Shown here piece after piece: positions 13,740-26,982 of a stretch of DNA of 64,000 nucleotides. The translations under genes and the position numbers were made by a program. Position 1 is the first letter of the stretch. Each line of letters begins with the position of its first letter. The stretch lies in NCBI RefSeq assembly GCF_001194135.2, contig NC_068992.1:10777833-10841832 (forward strand), in the 5' to 3' direction. Source of the stretch: Octopus bimaculoides. Its lineage: Eukaryota. The notes under the pieces were generated by a model. The model ran no database searches and had not been told where the DNA came from. It worked only from the letters and a program-made list of their open reading frames with translations.

Positions 13740-14600
13740 GTCTGCAAGGTTTGGTGGGGGTTCACAGTGGGATACTGCTCCCACATCTATGGTAGTGCAG
13801 CCACTACATATGCACACATTCTGGACTGTGTCCAGAAATGAGGTACTCAGCTGTAGTAAGGTGGCCAAGATGACTGGGAATATATACATTGCATATAGGG
13901 ATGTGTGAAGGCTCACGACTCAGTGGTTAGAGTATCAGGCTTAAATTGTGAGGTTTTGAATTTGATTCCTGGATTAGGCTGTGTGTTGTGCCCTTAAGCA
14001 AGGCACTTTATTTCACATTGCTCCAGTTTACTCAGCAGTAGAAATGAATTGCGATGTCACTGGTGCCAAGCTGTATTGTTATTTGCCTGTCCCTTGGACA
14101 ACATCGGTGGTGTGAAGAGGGGATGTATGGGTAGCCGCTGGCCTCTACAAACAACCTTGCTGGGATTTATGCCTCAGAGGTGAACTTTCTAGGTGCAATC
14201 CCATGATCATTTATGACCAAAGGGGGTCTTTACCCTTTACCCATATAGGAGTGCAATGGTGTGTCCAGGGTGTCTGTATTCTTTCTGTGTTTGGAGGTAC
14301 ATGTCCCACCTAATTTTACTGGATATTGCCTTTCTGCCTCTTGAAATTTGACTAATGATGGTTAGATTCCCTTCATGCAATCTGTTGAAAATCCAGTCTT
14401 CACATGCCTCTTCACATGTGTATATACATACAATATTGGATGTTGACTCTCAGTTTATCTATCCATTGACAGGATTTGTTTTGCACCTAAAATGGTGTCC
14501 AAAAGTCTCCCTCCTCTCCAAGCAGAATCAGTGAGGCTGTCAGTATAGTCATGTTACAGCTATGCAACTTGGCCACATGTTACCTGCGACATTCATCAGC
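13740..14600 (-). mobile_element. Probable decayed LINE ORF2 segment split by a SINE
   Basis: Remnants LQTQKEYRHPGHTIALLY and STSFLDTVQN on either side of the SINE at 13900-14241. Confidence 0.4.
13900..14241 (+). mobile_element. tRNA-derived SINE with (TTTACCC)n tail
   Basis: Head CTCAGTGGTTAGAG..GAATTTGATTCC; core CCCTTAAGCAAGGCACTTTATTTCAC; probable 8-bp TSD CATATAGG (13892-99 / 14242-49). Confidence 0.78.
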
Positions 14601-15403
14601 AACCTAACATTAATAGCAAGCCTTAACTGAAAACTGAATAATCCTTTAAATCTTTTAACATTTCACTTCATAAGGAAAATAATTCCAGTTACGTACAACT
14701 TGTCACATTTTTTTTTTCAGGCTTGCTGTGCCTGAAACTGTAGTAACAGTATTTGTTATATAATAGACAGACTGTATTTACACTTATATAAAGCTATTGA
14801 TATATTGTATTTATACTTATAAAAAGCTATTTTTTAAATATTGAAGTGATTTAGCAATTACACCATAGGAAAGGCATTTTAGCATTTTACAAAAATTATT
14901 ATTACATTTCATGTTCAGATATTTCTTGATGTACCAACATTTTCATCCCCCACCCTCTGTATCCTGGTCACTAACACAACTCTACTGCAATTCAAACACT
15001 CCAAGTAATTTTTTGTTGATAAATTTAATAACACATGAAATCCTGAACTAATGTGCAATTCTCTCTATGTTACCTTGGGAAGAGAATAGGGTGTGGTTTG
15101 AGGGAGATTTAGCTCCCATGATGGGACCCTTGTTTATCTTTACAGCTGAATGCTTTTCTTCCTATTGCAAACAACTCAACTGAGAATTAGTTGTAGAATC
15201 TAGAGTTTCCAGTCAGGCAAACTGAGACAGCAAATTTATTTTTTATTCTGAATGACTTCCCAACACCTCCTTTCTATCAAAATGTTAGTCTATGTCATAT
15301 CACAGAACCCCAACACATAACACTCTCCTCTTTATATATGCATTTATTCCTTAAAGTTAGTTGAGTTATGTATGAGATATTACAGAGCAAGTTACAGAGA
15401 CTG

Positions 15404-15615
15404 ACATCATCATCATCATCATAATCATCGTTTAGCATCTGTTTTCCATGCTAGCATGGGTTAGATGGTTTGACTGGAACTGGTGAGCCAGAGAGCAACA
15501 CCAGGAACCAGTCATCTGTTTTGGCATGGTTTCTATGGCTGAATACCCTTCTTAATGTCAACCATTGTACAGAGTGTACTGGGTGCCTTTTATTTGTCAC
15601 TGGCATGGGTACCTT
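15404..15615 (-). mobile_element. RTE 3' UTR copy
   Basis: (CAT)n, CCATGCTAGCATGG palindrome at 15446-15459 and shared body. Confidence 0.8.
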
Positions 15616-16614
15616 TCATGTGTCATTTGTTACCAGTTTAAATATCTTTGAGACATATTCAAAGCTGTAAGGAAGCCATTTGCTGCATATTGTCATGGCA
15701 AAAAATCCCCACAGCAGACAAAAAAGGAGCAAACACACCAAATCAGTCCAACACACCCTTTCTATCCAGATCGTTGAATGTGTGTATTTCAGAGTAGCTG
15801 TCTCCTTTTTAGCATCGATCTAGGTAGAAGCTGGCCTTGACTGGTTTGGTTTCTTTACACCTTTTTGCCTCCAGCGAGAAATTTTCTCCATAACAAAATG
15901 CAGTGAATGATTTTCATATAGCTTCAAATACATCTCCAAAATATTCGAACTGATGACAAGTTTATATTTGTATACATCACTGCTTAATGCTTTTAATGCG
16001 TAAAGTAAAATTTGAACTTATGACTAAATACTAAATCAGTCAGAATCTTAAACTCACAGATATAGTTCCAGAATACATAACAGAGAAATAAATCTCTGTG
16101 TGTATTAGCATACATCCAGTGTGTGTGTGTGTATGTGTGAACATGTATATGCTATGATCGTCAAGATACTTTTTCTGCAGTAGTCAAAAGACAGCATCTG
16201 ATTATTTCCTCATGATCTTCATATATGTCTTTTCAGTTGTCACCAAGCTATCAACAATATAATGTAAAGATGTCTGCCATTATTAATCCTCCTTACCAAT
16301 ACAACAAAGGAACAAAATAGTTAAGCTAACTGAATTGAGTGCGAGTAAAATAAAAATTCATTAGATTTGGGATAAGTTTTATCTCCAAAGCTCATTAATT
16401 CTGACAATCTTTTGGGTAAGGTATAATTTAGCATTTACTCTGAAAAAACTGAATGTACTTCATGTTAACAGGAGGGAAAAAAAATATATATTATATATAT
16501 TACATTATATTATATTATATCAATGTATATTTACTGCATATATAACATATGAATGAACGTACATGGTATATGTGTATATGCATATAGACATACACACATA
16601 AATATATGTTTTAT

Positions 16615-16683
<69 letters not shown>

Positions 16684-16754
16684 TATATATATATATGTAT
16701 GTATGTATATATATATATGTATGTATGTATGAATATATATATATATATGTATGT

Positions 16755-16788
<34 letters not shown>

Positions 16789-16894
16789 GTATATATATGT
16801 ATAGTTTGAGTGAATCATCCTGATAAAAGCTCCTCATATCCTTTATATTTATAGGTGTGTAGGTGTGTGTGTGTATATATATATATATATATTT

Positions 16895-17360
16895 ATCATC
16901 ATCATCATACTTTAAAATCCACTTTTCATGCTGGCATGGGTTGGATGGTTTGACTGAAGACTTGCAAGCCAGGAGGCTGCACCAGGCTCCAATCTCATCT
17001 GACAAGGTTTTTACAGCTGGATGCCTTTCCTAACACCAACCACTCTGAGAGTGTAATGAGTGCTTTTTATGTGAGGGCCAGTCAGGCAGTACTGGCATCA
17101 ACCACATTCGAATGGTGATTTTTATGTGCCACCAGCATGGGTGCCAGTCAGGCGGTAGTTGCATCAGCCACAACAATGATTTCACTTGACTCAACAGGTC
17201 TTCTCAAGCACAGAATATCTCCAAAGGTCTCAGTCGCTTGTTATTGCCAACATTCGAAGGTTGTACTTCACCACCACATCCCAGGTCCTTCTGGGTCTAC
17301 CTCTTCCACAGATTCCTTCCACTGTTAGGGTGTGGCACTTTTCACACAGCTCTATTGCGT
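16895..17360 (-). mobile_element. RTE LINE 3' end (ORF2 terminus, 3' UTR and (GAT)n tail)
   Basis: CHTLTVEGICGRGRPRRTWDVVVKYNLRMLAITSD*, followed by the 3' UTR shared with other copies and a (GAT)n tail. Confidence 0.85.
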
Positions 17361-17436
17361 GTTCCACTTGAGGATTGTAGAGTGTTAATAATTGTTGGAG
17401 AACAATACATTTTCTGGTCCTAGAAAAAGAATAGAC

Positions 17437-17510
17437 CAGTGGTTCCCAACCTGGGGTCCGTGGATCCCTGGTGGTCCACAAAGGTAGTACCAGAGATCCA
17501 TGAACTAAAT
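17437..17510 (+). mobile_element. hAT-Charlie-type terminal fragment
   Basis: CAGTGGTTCCCAACCTGGGGTCCG matches the typical Charlie/MER5-like terminus; no partner end found. Confidence 0.55.
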
Positions 17511-17627
17511 TCAAAATTTCATATATATATATATTCCATACACCATTCATATTACAGTATTACATCTAGCCTAATTGCACCACTCCCAGAACTACTTACC
17601 TCCCTTACATATAATCTTTTTACTCAG

Positions 17628-17699
17628 GGACTAATAGACCCAACATCGTTTCGTAATTGGTACACATTCGAAGCCAGTGAACAACAATTGACGAAACCA
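17628..17699 (+). CDS. Candidate isolated 72-nt coding exon (GLIDPTSFRNWYTFEASEQQLTKP), host gene unknown
   Basis: Acceptor ATCTTTTTACTCAG|, donor |GTATGA, phase 0-0, only one open frame, CpG-rich relative to the flanks, not a recognised repeat. Confidence 0.3.
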
Positions 17700-18791
17700 G
17701 TATGACTTTGAATCTCTTTAACAATTCAAAATAATGACTTTTATTCCTCTTATTTCTACATCAGTTCATCTAATTGTATATATTCATCCTTGCTTTTCAT
17801 AAAAAAAGCCGTTATTTTTTTATATTCAATGTGCATTTTCTCTTTTTTCTTCTTATTTTCCCCATATTTCTACCACATGTAGTTTATTTTTCTTTTTGAA
17901 ACCTATTTCTGTTATATATATATATTTATATATATATATATGTACACACATAAGGATAAACATCTGGAATAGGCTAATCTTCAAGATGCATTCTTTGCTA
18001 TCTTAGAGATGTATGTTGACCAGGAGAAATTCTCAGTGATAGCCAGGCCAAGTGTATGAAGCAATTGCAGGGATTTTAGTCACATTCTATTCGTGATTAA
18101 GAAGTGGGAGTGAAGTATGAGTGTGTTTTCTTATCCAAACCCAAGATCCTGTACTAAATACTATAACCAATAATTTCTTTCTAGAAGATTGGATCTCTGG
18201 AAGTTAGACTTAATTTTTTTTCCAAACAGCAAGAGTTTAAGCAGAAAGTTAATGGCATCAATCACACCAGTCATGGAGGATTAGGGTTAGGAATGGGGCC
18301 AGCTCAACCTACGAAATTGAAAAAGAATATGTTCTAGAAAATATCTATACATAAGTCTATGTTTCTGGAGTCAAATGTATGGTTCAATGTAGTGGAAAAT
18401 GTATCATGCAAATGTTCCTGAATTTAAACTCTCTTTGAGTTCCACCCATGTAGAGAGTGGTAGTGTTGCAAAGTATAAAGTGTCAGAAAATAAGATACAA
18501 TAAATTGATTTATCATTCAGCTTAAAAAATGTTTTGTAAATTAAGATAGAAGAAATACAAGTTGACAATTGACAGATTTTGCGTGAAGGGACAGTTCTTC
18601 TGAGATATGATTGAAAATGAGCAAAAGAAAGGCTGGACAATTACTACACCAGCAGACACATTCATGTATGGTACAGACACCCACACACACGCATGCACAC
18701 ACACACACAGCATCATCAGGATGTTATTTGTGATATATACATATATGTTATAGGTATCATGTATGTATGCATATGTATTTATATATCAATC

Positions 18792-18829
<38 letters not shown>

Positions 18830-19814
18830 CGTGTGAGAAAAGAAAATAAGATTTTTGTAAATTAATTAGAAATACTGAAAGACTATAGACACAGATCATC
18901 TGTGAAGAATTCCTGTTCCTTTAATGTGACAATGATAAACATTCACTTTACATTGTCTTTATTGCTTTCATTGTTGTTAACATTATTAATATGGTTGTCT
19001 TTATCTTCCTTTTTGTTTTTATCATTATCCTATCACAATATTGTTTAAAGTATTATGCCATTATGTATTTGTTTTAAGTTCACTTTGTCTCTCTCCCACA
19101 AATTGTTATGTGCATAGAATATATGAAAGCTGTGACAGTCAAATACGTATGCTTACAAATTACTGTGATGTACTTTCTGAAACTTCCAGTTTACTCAATA
19201 TAACAATAGTCAAAGCACTCTTTGTTCTATCTTTTTTGTCATTGTTTTTCTTTTCCCCCTCCTTTTCTCATGTTATCTGTTAATTTTCTCTCTACATCTT
19301 GTTGTAATTATTAACTATCTAATAGAATTTTATCTATGTACTCTATAAACCAAACTTTGTCACATGCTATAATTTTTAGTAGTGCATCTAAAACAAATTA
19401 TAAATGTACAAATAAGTATTTAAACAAACAAATACTAAAGTATGTATGGAAATGCAATGAAATGAAAAGCCATTGAAATATCAAATAAAAATGGAAAGTT
19501 TAAAATGAACAAGTTGATAGAATTATACAGTTCTTCTGGCTGTAGACAATTTTGCTTGTTATAAAATAGAAATATTGTATTTATGTAGTATATATTTAAA
19601 GCTACTTAAATTGTTTCAGAAATATTCTATTTTCTGGCAAGATTTTGCAATGTTTAAAATCACATACCAATGAGGTAGGTTCTGCATAGTTAATTGATCT
19701 GCTATAAGCAGATGCCAAATCACCATCAAATTACATTTTTATTACTATTTTAAAAAAATGAAGGACACATTAGATAATATAATTCTAGTCACACACTCTC
19801 TCTTTCTTCACGTA

Positions 19815-20135
19815 CCATACCTGCAAGTGCCAACCACTCTGAGAGTGTAGTGGGTGCTTTTTATGTGCCACCGGCACAGGGGCCAGAGGAGCTAGCATTG
19901 ACCTTGATCAGATGGTGCTTTTTACATGCCACCGGCATAGAAGCCATTCAAAGCAGCACTGGCATTGGCCACATTCAGATGGTGCTTTTTACGTGCTACT
20001 GGCACGGAGCTCACAACTACAATTTCCATTTGATTTGATTTTGATATTGCTGATGTTGATGTACTTGACTCAATAGGTCTCCTCAAGCACAGCATGTCTC
20101 CCTACGATCCAAGGTACTTTTGAGTGGGCTGGATA
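19815..20135 (-). mobile_element. RTE 3' UTR copy with internal repeats
   Basis: CAACCACTCTGAGAGTGTAGTGGGTGCTTTTTATGTGCCACC and repeated ATGGTGCTTTTTAC units; ends in the same GACTCAA..GGTCT..TCAAGCACAG junction as 17185-17215. Confidence 0.8.
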
Positions 20136-20136
20136 C

Positions 20137-20167
<31 letters not shown>

Positions 20168-21364
20168 GATAGATGTATATATATAGAAATAGTGACTAAG
20201 CACAAGTTTATGTTATAGTTTCTGTGAGAATTTTCCCATTATGGTTGTTCTGAGCCCTCCAATAGGTATTCCAAATGCATTTAGAAGCTCGACCGCAACA
20301 GATCATCAGGGAGCACTTTATAGCATTAAGTTACAGATTAGTTACATACATATTGGCTTACAAGCGTTTACACTCCCCTCCAGTATCCAGTGTAGTATGA
20401 TGTGGGGAATCAATCTTAGGATAGGTTAGTTTTCAGAGTACATATGCACACACACACACACACACACACACCTGCATGTTTATACACAGTCATACTAAAT
20501 TTGTAAGTATTTATATACATCTACAAATTTGTATTCAGACATGTAAAGTAGAACAGCAAAATATTTACACACATGGACATATAAATATATATATGGAAGT
20601 GTGTATGTGTGTGGGTATGTATGTATATTTGCCTAGTCTAACAACTGGTATTGATGTGACTTCAATAATATACTCAATATCAGATACAAAAGTTATGTAG
20701 ACCCCAAAAGTAAAATTATGAGTTCAAGTTATTACAAAGAAATTATTTTTCTGAGTCAGGTTAAAATTTGTTTTTCTTAAATGTTTTATAAAAGATATGC
20801 AAATTCAAATTTGAAAAATATTGTAAAAAGGAAGAGAATATATTAAGAAATCTCAGAATGCTTAATCGTGTATTTGTTTACACTAATTGGTGAATAATCA
20901 TAGTATTTACAAAATATGTTTAAATTATAAGATACTGAACTATTATAAAAATAAAGAATTCTACTGCCATTCATTGAAAACTATGTTTACCTTTACACTA
21001 TTGAAAGTCAATTACCAATGTACATTCTTATAGTTATATGCATATTTATACACACACATACACACATTATACATATATTTATTTACACAAAACCTATCTT
21101 CACACATTCTCTCCAGTAGTACAAATGTTTGTGACTTCTGCATTCTGTGTAAATCTAGAATACACATTCAAAAATATTTGCATTCTCTTTTTATATTTAG
21201 TTATTAATCTGCTGAGTTGCTGGGAAAAATAATTTTGGACTTTGTTATTTTATAAACCCAGAAAGCTACTGTGATTTGCATATGTATACATACACACACA
21301 TATAAATGAACATAAATGCACGTATGTATGTATGAATGTATGTATGTATGTATGTCATTGTTCA

Positions 21365-21975
21365 GTTTTATTTCAAGATTTCTTTCCAATAGAGAAAGAA
21401 ATCCGTATGTTGAAGATCTGTCATAGCTTGGATTGCTGGAAGCATTCAAGGTACTTGAAGTCACTGCAGTACAGTGTCCAAGTCTCACATGTCTAGAGAA
21501 GAGTTGGCAGGAGAATGGCATGGAAGACCATGATCTTTGTCTGGATGGTCAGCGCATGACTGAAGACTACACAGCTGAATCTACTGAAGGTGGAGTGGAT
21601 TGCTCTGATCTGGTGCTCCATGTCTTTTTCACAAGTGGGTATCTTTGAAAGGATACTCCCAGAGTATGAGAAGTGTTCAACTTCTTCTGGGGGTTGGCCG
21701 TTGATGCTAATGTTTGTAGGTGGACTGTTCTGGCCTGGTGCAGGTTGGATCAGGGTCTTGGTCTTTAATGTGTTTACCTGCATCCTGAAGCATTTGTAAG
21801 CCATGTTGTAAAGATTGGCTGTCTTTTGTAGGCCATCTGTGATCCGGTTCAAGGTGGCATTGTCATCAGCATACTGCATCTCACAGACTGAAATGGCGGA
21901 AGTCCTTGTCTTTGTGTCGAGACATGAGAGATTGAAGAGTCTGCCATCCAAGAGATAGTGCATGTTGATTGAAGG
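21365..21975 (-). mobile_element. RTE-clade LINE reverse transcriptase fragment (pseudogenised)
   Basis: ORF 21493-21993(-): DGRLFNL..EMQYADD..MQVNTLKTK..EEVEHFSYSGSILS..TIQTKIMVFHAILLPTLL* then TCETWTLY; YADD catalytic motif. Confidence 0.92.
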
Positions 21976-23583
21976 CAAGTCTAGTGCATGCATACATAAT
22001 AATATTTATGTATACATCCATGTATATATTGTGTAACAGAAAGAAGATATATCCCAATATATCCATCCTCATAAACTTGAAAAACCATAAAAGCTATCTG
22101 AATTTTAGAACTGAAATAGTTACTAGATGTATCTACAAAACAAATTTATTTTATTCAATAGGAAGACACCTCCTACACTATTTTCTTTACTTCCGAACAT
22201 ATTTGAAAATCTCACTCTATTTTTACACTAAACTCGTTCAATGCACATTGCACATAACATAGTTCCATACCTTGATCTGCTATCATCACAAGTAAATGCA
22301 TGGCCCTTCTGAGACTGACAAAACTGATGTTGGTTACATGCCCTTCATATTTAAGATAATGAATTGAGATGATGTTAATCTGTACAGAGATCATGCTTCT
22401 TTGCTTTTGAGGAGATAAGTCACACAACACCAATGAAGAATATTTTTGTGATCTTTTATCGCAGAATATGTGTAGCTATCTTGGTTGCATGAAGATGTGA
22501 CTTTGGCACATAGAATTAGGAATTGAAACTAATAAAAGCATAAGAGAGTATTACTTCATCACAGTTGTTGTGTAGTGTATTTGAGTATTCCATTTANNNN
22601 NNNNNNGACGTTAAACGATGATGATGATGATGATGAAGCAGGGTGCAAAAAATAGTTCGAGGAACGATACTTAAAAAGACTCATACCTAATTCAAAGAAA
22701 AATTTATTCTGCTATCATTTTGTGTCATGAAGCTGGAGCTAAGCAACCAACAAACCGTAAAATCTGCTGAGGGCCCGGAGGACATTTACAATTTTATGAC
22801 ATAATATGATTTGTAGATTATTTATAAAATGATTTTCAAATAAATAAGAGCCTTAGGAAGGTTTAACAAGCATTATTGTCAGAAATAGGGAACAAGTTAA
22901 TAAAAAGACAGTCTTTAGCAACATGAAAGGGGAGCAAAACGAATTTATATCAGATTTGTAAAGCAGAGTGCTTTCCTATTGATTTCTCTACGGGGAGAAT
23001 GGATGTAAACATTTTTAGTGAGGTAGTTGTGTTGTTATTACCTTTTTGAGGAATATTAACAGCCCAAGTGAAGTGTAAATTCTCCAGATTGAAATCAAAG
23101 CAAGCTGGGATTTATTTGGTTTTGTGTCAACCATGATTCAACACATGTATAATCAAAATGATCAAAAGCATTCCTGTTTGGATCATCTTATTTTTTATTC
23201 AAATCCATGCATTTCAAACTAGAATATTCAATGACTTGCCCTAACCTTTTTAAGGTTGTAGTGCATGTTTTGAAGGAAATTTTACTGCGATTTCAACCAT
23301 GTATAAAAGTTCGTTCCAATGCCTGAATTGCAAGTAGCTGGAGGATTGGGTTCACAAAGAACCATCTTCTAATGCAGTGAACTCACCAAATATTTATAAC
23401 TAAATTCAACAGGATTTTAAAAATTTAGAATTTGAAAAATTGACTGGATTGAAAAAATTAAGACGGTTCTCAAGGAATAGATCATAAGAATTTATTCCAA
23501 ATACGAAAGAAAATAGATTTTTTTAATATGAAATGGATATCTAAGGTAAGGATAATATATATATATGTATATANNNNNNNNNN

Positions 23584-23627
<44 letters not shown>

Positions 23628-23975
23628 TATACACACATACACATATGTGTGTGTGTGTGTGTGTGTGTGCATGCATGTGCACATGTGTGTACGTAATCTA
23701 ATGTTCTATTAGGTTTGATCAATTGGTAAATTCTAGAGAGAATAGACATGAGTTGAAGTGAACTCAGTTATTTAAGAAACTGTTTAGAGATAACTAAGTT
23801 GGAAAAAAAATTAAAAAAGGAATTTGGGTATGAAAAGAAAAAAAGTTACATACATACATAAATACAAACATACATTCATGGACACACACATATATATCTT
23901 TACATATATGCAAACATATGAATATATATATACACATATATTCCTGCATATATGTATATAAATACNNNNNNNNNN

Positions 23976-24017
<42 letters not shown>

Positions 24018-24818
24018 TAATGATGTATATATATATGAATATATATAAATATACAATATATATGTATATGTGTTTACATACACATACATCTATATATAAT
24101 ATATATGTATATGTAAACACATATACATACATATTTATGTATGTATGTATGTATGTATGTATGTGTGTATGTATGCCCTCAGTCATCTCAAAGTAAAAAA
24201 AAAAAATACAAAACAGAATAAATATTTCGTATTATTTTCTGATAACATTTTTTTCCTCTCTTCTTACAAGACGAATCCTAGTTCAAACAACTTATACCTA
24301 TGAAAACTTTATATGGTTTCTCTTGTTTAATATTTTATTTTCTGATAATTACTTCTTTCTAGTTACACTTTTACAATAGAAGATGATTATACATGAACTA
24401 CTTAGACTTCTATTCTCTTTTATTTCTTATTCCCCGAGGTTCTTAACTGCATCCTACCTATTAATTTGAAAGTTGACTAACCTTATATGCAATTAATAAA
24501 CCATAGCTTTTTTTTTTAACTTTTAACCTTTATCCAGTCTTTCTTTTTTCTTCTCTTTTTGCATGAATGTATTCTTCAAGATTCTTTTCTTTAGTCTTTC
24601 ACTGTTTTACTTCAACTTTCACTAAGAAAACTATGACCATGCTGGGACACCATCCTGAAAGGTTTTAGTGAATCATAAGTTTTTTTAAAGTGTCTCAAAA
24701 TAAAGACAGGCTTAGAAACAAGACATAGACATGCAAACATGCAATCACTTATATGCACACACATAGTTATACTTATGTGTATATGTGTGCATGTATGTGT
24801 ATATATATATATGTATGT

Positions 24819-25191
24819 GTGGAAGCGCAATGGCCCAGTGGTTAGGGCAGTGGACTCGCAGTCGTAGGATCGCGGTTTAGATTCCCAGACCAGGCGTTGT
24901 GAGTGTTTATTGAGCGAAAACACCTAAAGCTCCACAAGGCTCCGGCAGGGGATGGTGGCAAACCCTGCTGTACTCTTTCACCACAACTTTCTCTCACTCT
25001 TACTTCCTGTTTCTGTTGTGTCTGTAATTCAAAGGGTCAGCTTTGTCACACTGAATCTCCTCGAGAACTACATTAAGGGTACACGTGTCTGTGGAGTGCT
25101 CAGCTATTTGCACGTTAATTTCACGAACAGGCTGTTCTGTTGATTGGATCAACTGGAACCCTCATCGTTGTAACCGACGGAGTGCCAACCA
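24819..25191 (+). mobile_element. Full-length tRNA(Arg)-like-headed SINE, copy 1 (possibly the octopus OR type)
   Basis: A-box TGGCCCAGTGG, B-box-like GGTTTAGATTCCC; tail GACGGAGTGCCAAC; 10-bp TSD ATATGTATGT (24809-18 / 25192-201). Confidence 0.92.
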
Positions 25192-26111
25192 ATATGTATG
25201 TATCATCACCATCATCATTATATGATTAAAACACACATATAGGACAATCTCCCATGCAATTTCCATCTACCAAATCTACTCATTGGTTGCACAAGAACTA
25301 CAGTAGGAGACACTTGTTGGAGGTGCTATGCAGTAGGATTGAACCCCAAATTTTAGGCTGCAAAGCTAGCATCTTAACCACAGTGCCATACTTTCACCTT
25401 TTGTTAATTTATTTCCTGACAAAAAACACTTTGTCTTAATTCAATTGGATAATTATTTAATTTAGTTTTTATAACTTTATTGAAATTTATATTTCATATC
25501 TACTCTGCATGAATCATTCCACATCTTAATCTTTTACACAATAATACATTACACTTAAGCTATTTAATCAGGAAATTCCTCATAGATATTTCTAAAGCTA
25601 ATTTGTAATAATATTTTTTGAAAAAAAGTATTTTAATTTAATACCTTTATCTAGTTGACTATTTTTCAATATATCAGATTACACGATAATGTTATGTCGC
25701 TATAATAGCATATGTTATGTTGTTGAAATTGACAAAAACATTTTTTTTTTTGCTCATGTTCTAAGTTAATGTAATGTACATACAATAATTGTAAATTCCT
25801 ATTTTGAACACATAACCATTTATTTTAAAATGTTATATTTACGTAAATTACAAATATCTGTAATGAAATAAAATGTAAGAAATATAAATAAAATGGCATC
25901 TGTTCAATTCATGCCTTCTACATAATTATTACTCATGAAAAACTGAATAGTACATAGTACAGCTCCTTTCTAAAAGTACGTATACACTATTTTCTTGTTC
26001 CTTTACAACCCTTCACTCTCTGTCAGGCCGTTGGTTACCTCTAGTTTCAGTTGTGTGAAGTGGATTGAAAAAATCTCCCTCTGGATAGGATTCCAGCCTA
26101 CTGTAGAGAAA

Positions 26112-26395
26112 TATGGAAGCATGTGGCTTAGTGGTTAGGGGTGTTGGACTCAACCAAAGCCCATCACATATATGTAAGTGTCTTCATGCTTGTGCTTGTT
26201 TCCCCAACCACTTAATAAACGGTGTTGGTTTGTTTACATCCCAGTAACATAGCAGTTTCACAAAAGAAACTGATAAAGTAAGTACCACACTTAAAATATT
26301 AGTACTAGGGTCAATCTGTTTTAACCAGACACGTCAAGACAGTGCCCCAGTAGGGTCGCAGTCCATTGACTGAAACAAGTAAAAAGAGGAAAATA
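26112..26395 (+). mobile_element. Internally deleted CORE-like SINE
   Basis: Head GCATGTGGCTTAGTGGTTAGGG joined to AAAGCCC; tail GTGCCCCAG..GACTGAAACAAGTAAAAAG. Confidence 0.7.
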
Positions 26396-26753
26396 AGAAA
26401 ATATTTTAAAGGTGGGTTAAGCTTGAGGGATGCATGGTTAAGTAAGTTTGGCATTGATGAGGTGCTAGGTTCAATCCTACTGCATGTCATTTTGAGAAAG
26501 TGTATTTTGCCATTGTCTCAGGCTGATCCAAGTCTTGTGAGTAAAGTTTGATAAATGAAAACTGTGCAGAAGCCCATCAGACAGATTTTTTAACGTGTAG
26601 TACTTAGTTTATCAGCACACCCTTGTGCCAAACTGTTATGTTACAATGTTGTAAACAAACCAACAATGTCAGCTGGTTTCTTCAATGAATCAAACTTGTC
26701 ACACACTGTATCATGCTGATCCTACCTGTGGGCTGCATTATAAGTACCCATGT

Positions 26754-26982
26754 TGGCGAGCTGGCAGAAACGTTTGTGCGCCGGGTGAAATGCTTAGCAG
26801 TATTTTGTCTGCCATTATGTTCTGAGTTCAAATTCCGCCAAGGTCAACTTTGCCTTTCATCCTTTCGGGGTCGATAAATTAAGTGCCAGTTACGCACTGG
26901 GGTCGATGTAAACGATTTAATCCCTTAGTCTGTCCTTGTTTGTCCCCTCTATGCTTAGCCCCTTGTGGACAACAAAGAAATA
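26754..26982 (+). mobile_element. tRNA-derived SINE with GCCTTTCATCCTTTCGGGGTCGATAAA core, nested in an older SINE
   Basis: Head GGCGAGCTGGCAGAAACG..GTTCTGAGTTCAAATTCCGCC; 14-bp TSD ATAAGTACCCATGT (26740-53 / 26983-96). Confidence 0.9.

Noticed and set aside
24819-24900. tRNA-Arg gene (also at 28157 and 32035, and other SINE heads)
   Set aside because: The acceptor stem is incomplete, the sequence continues into a shared ~300-bp body, and TSDs flank it: these are SINE heads.
25990-26105. Strong acceptor at ~26026 with an open frame
   Set aside because: The downstream sequence looks like the reverse complement of a SINE tail and runs into another SINE head.
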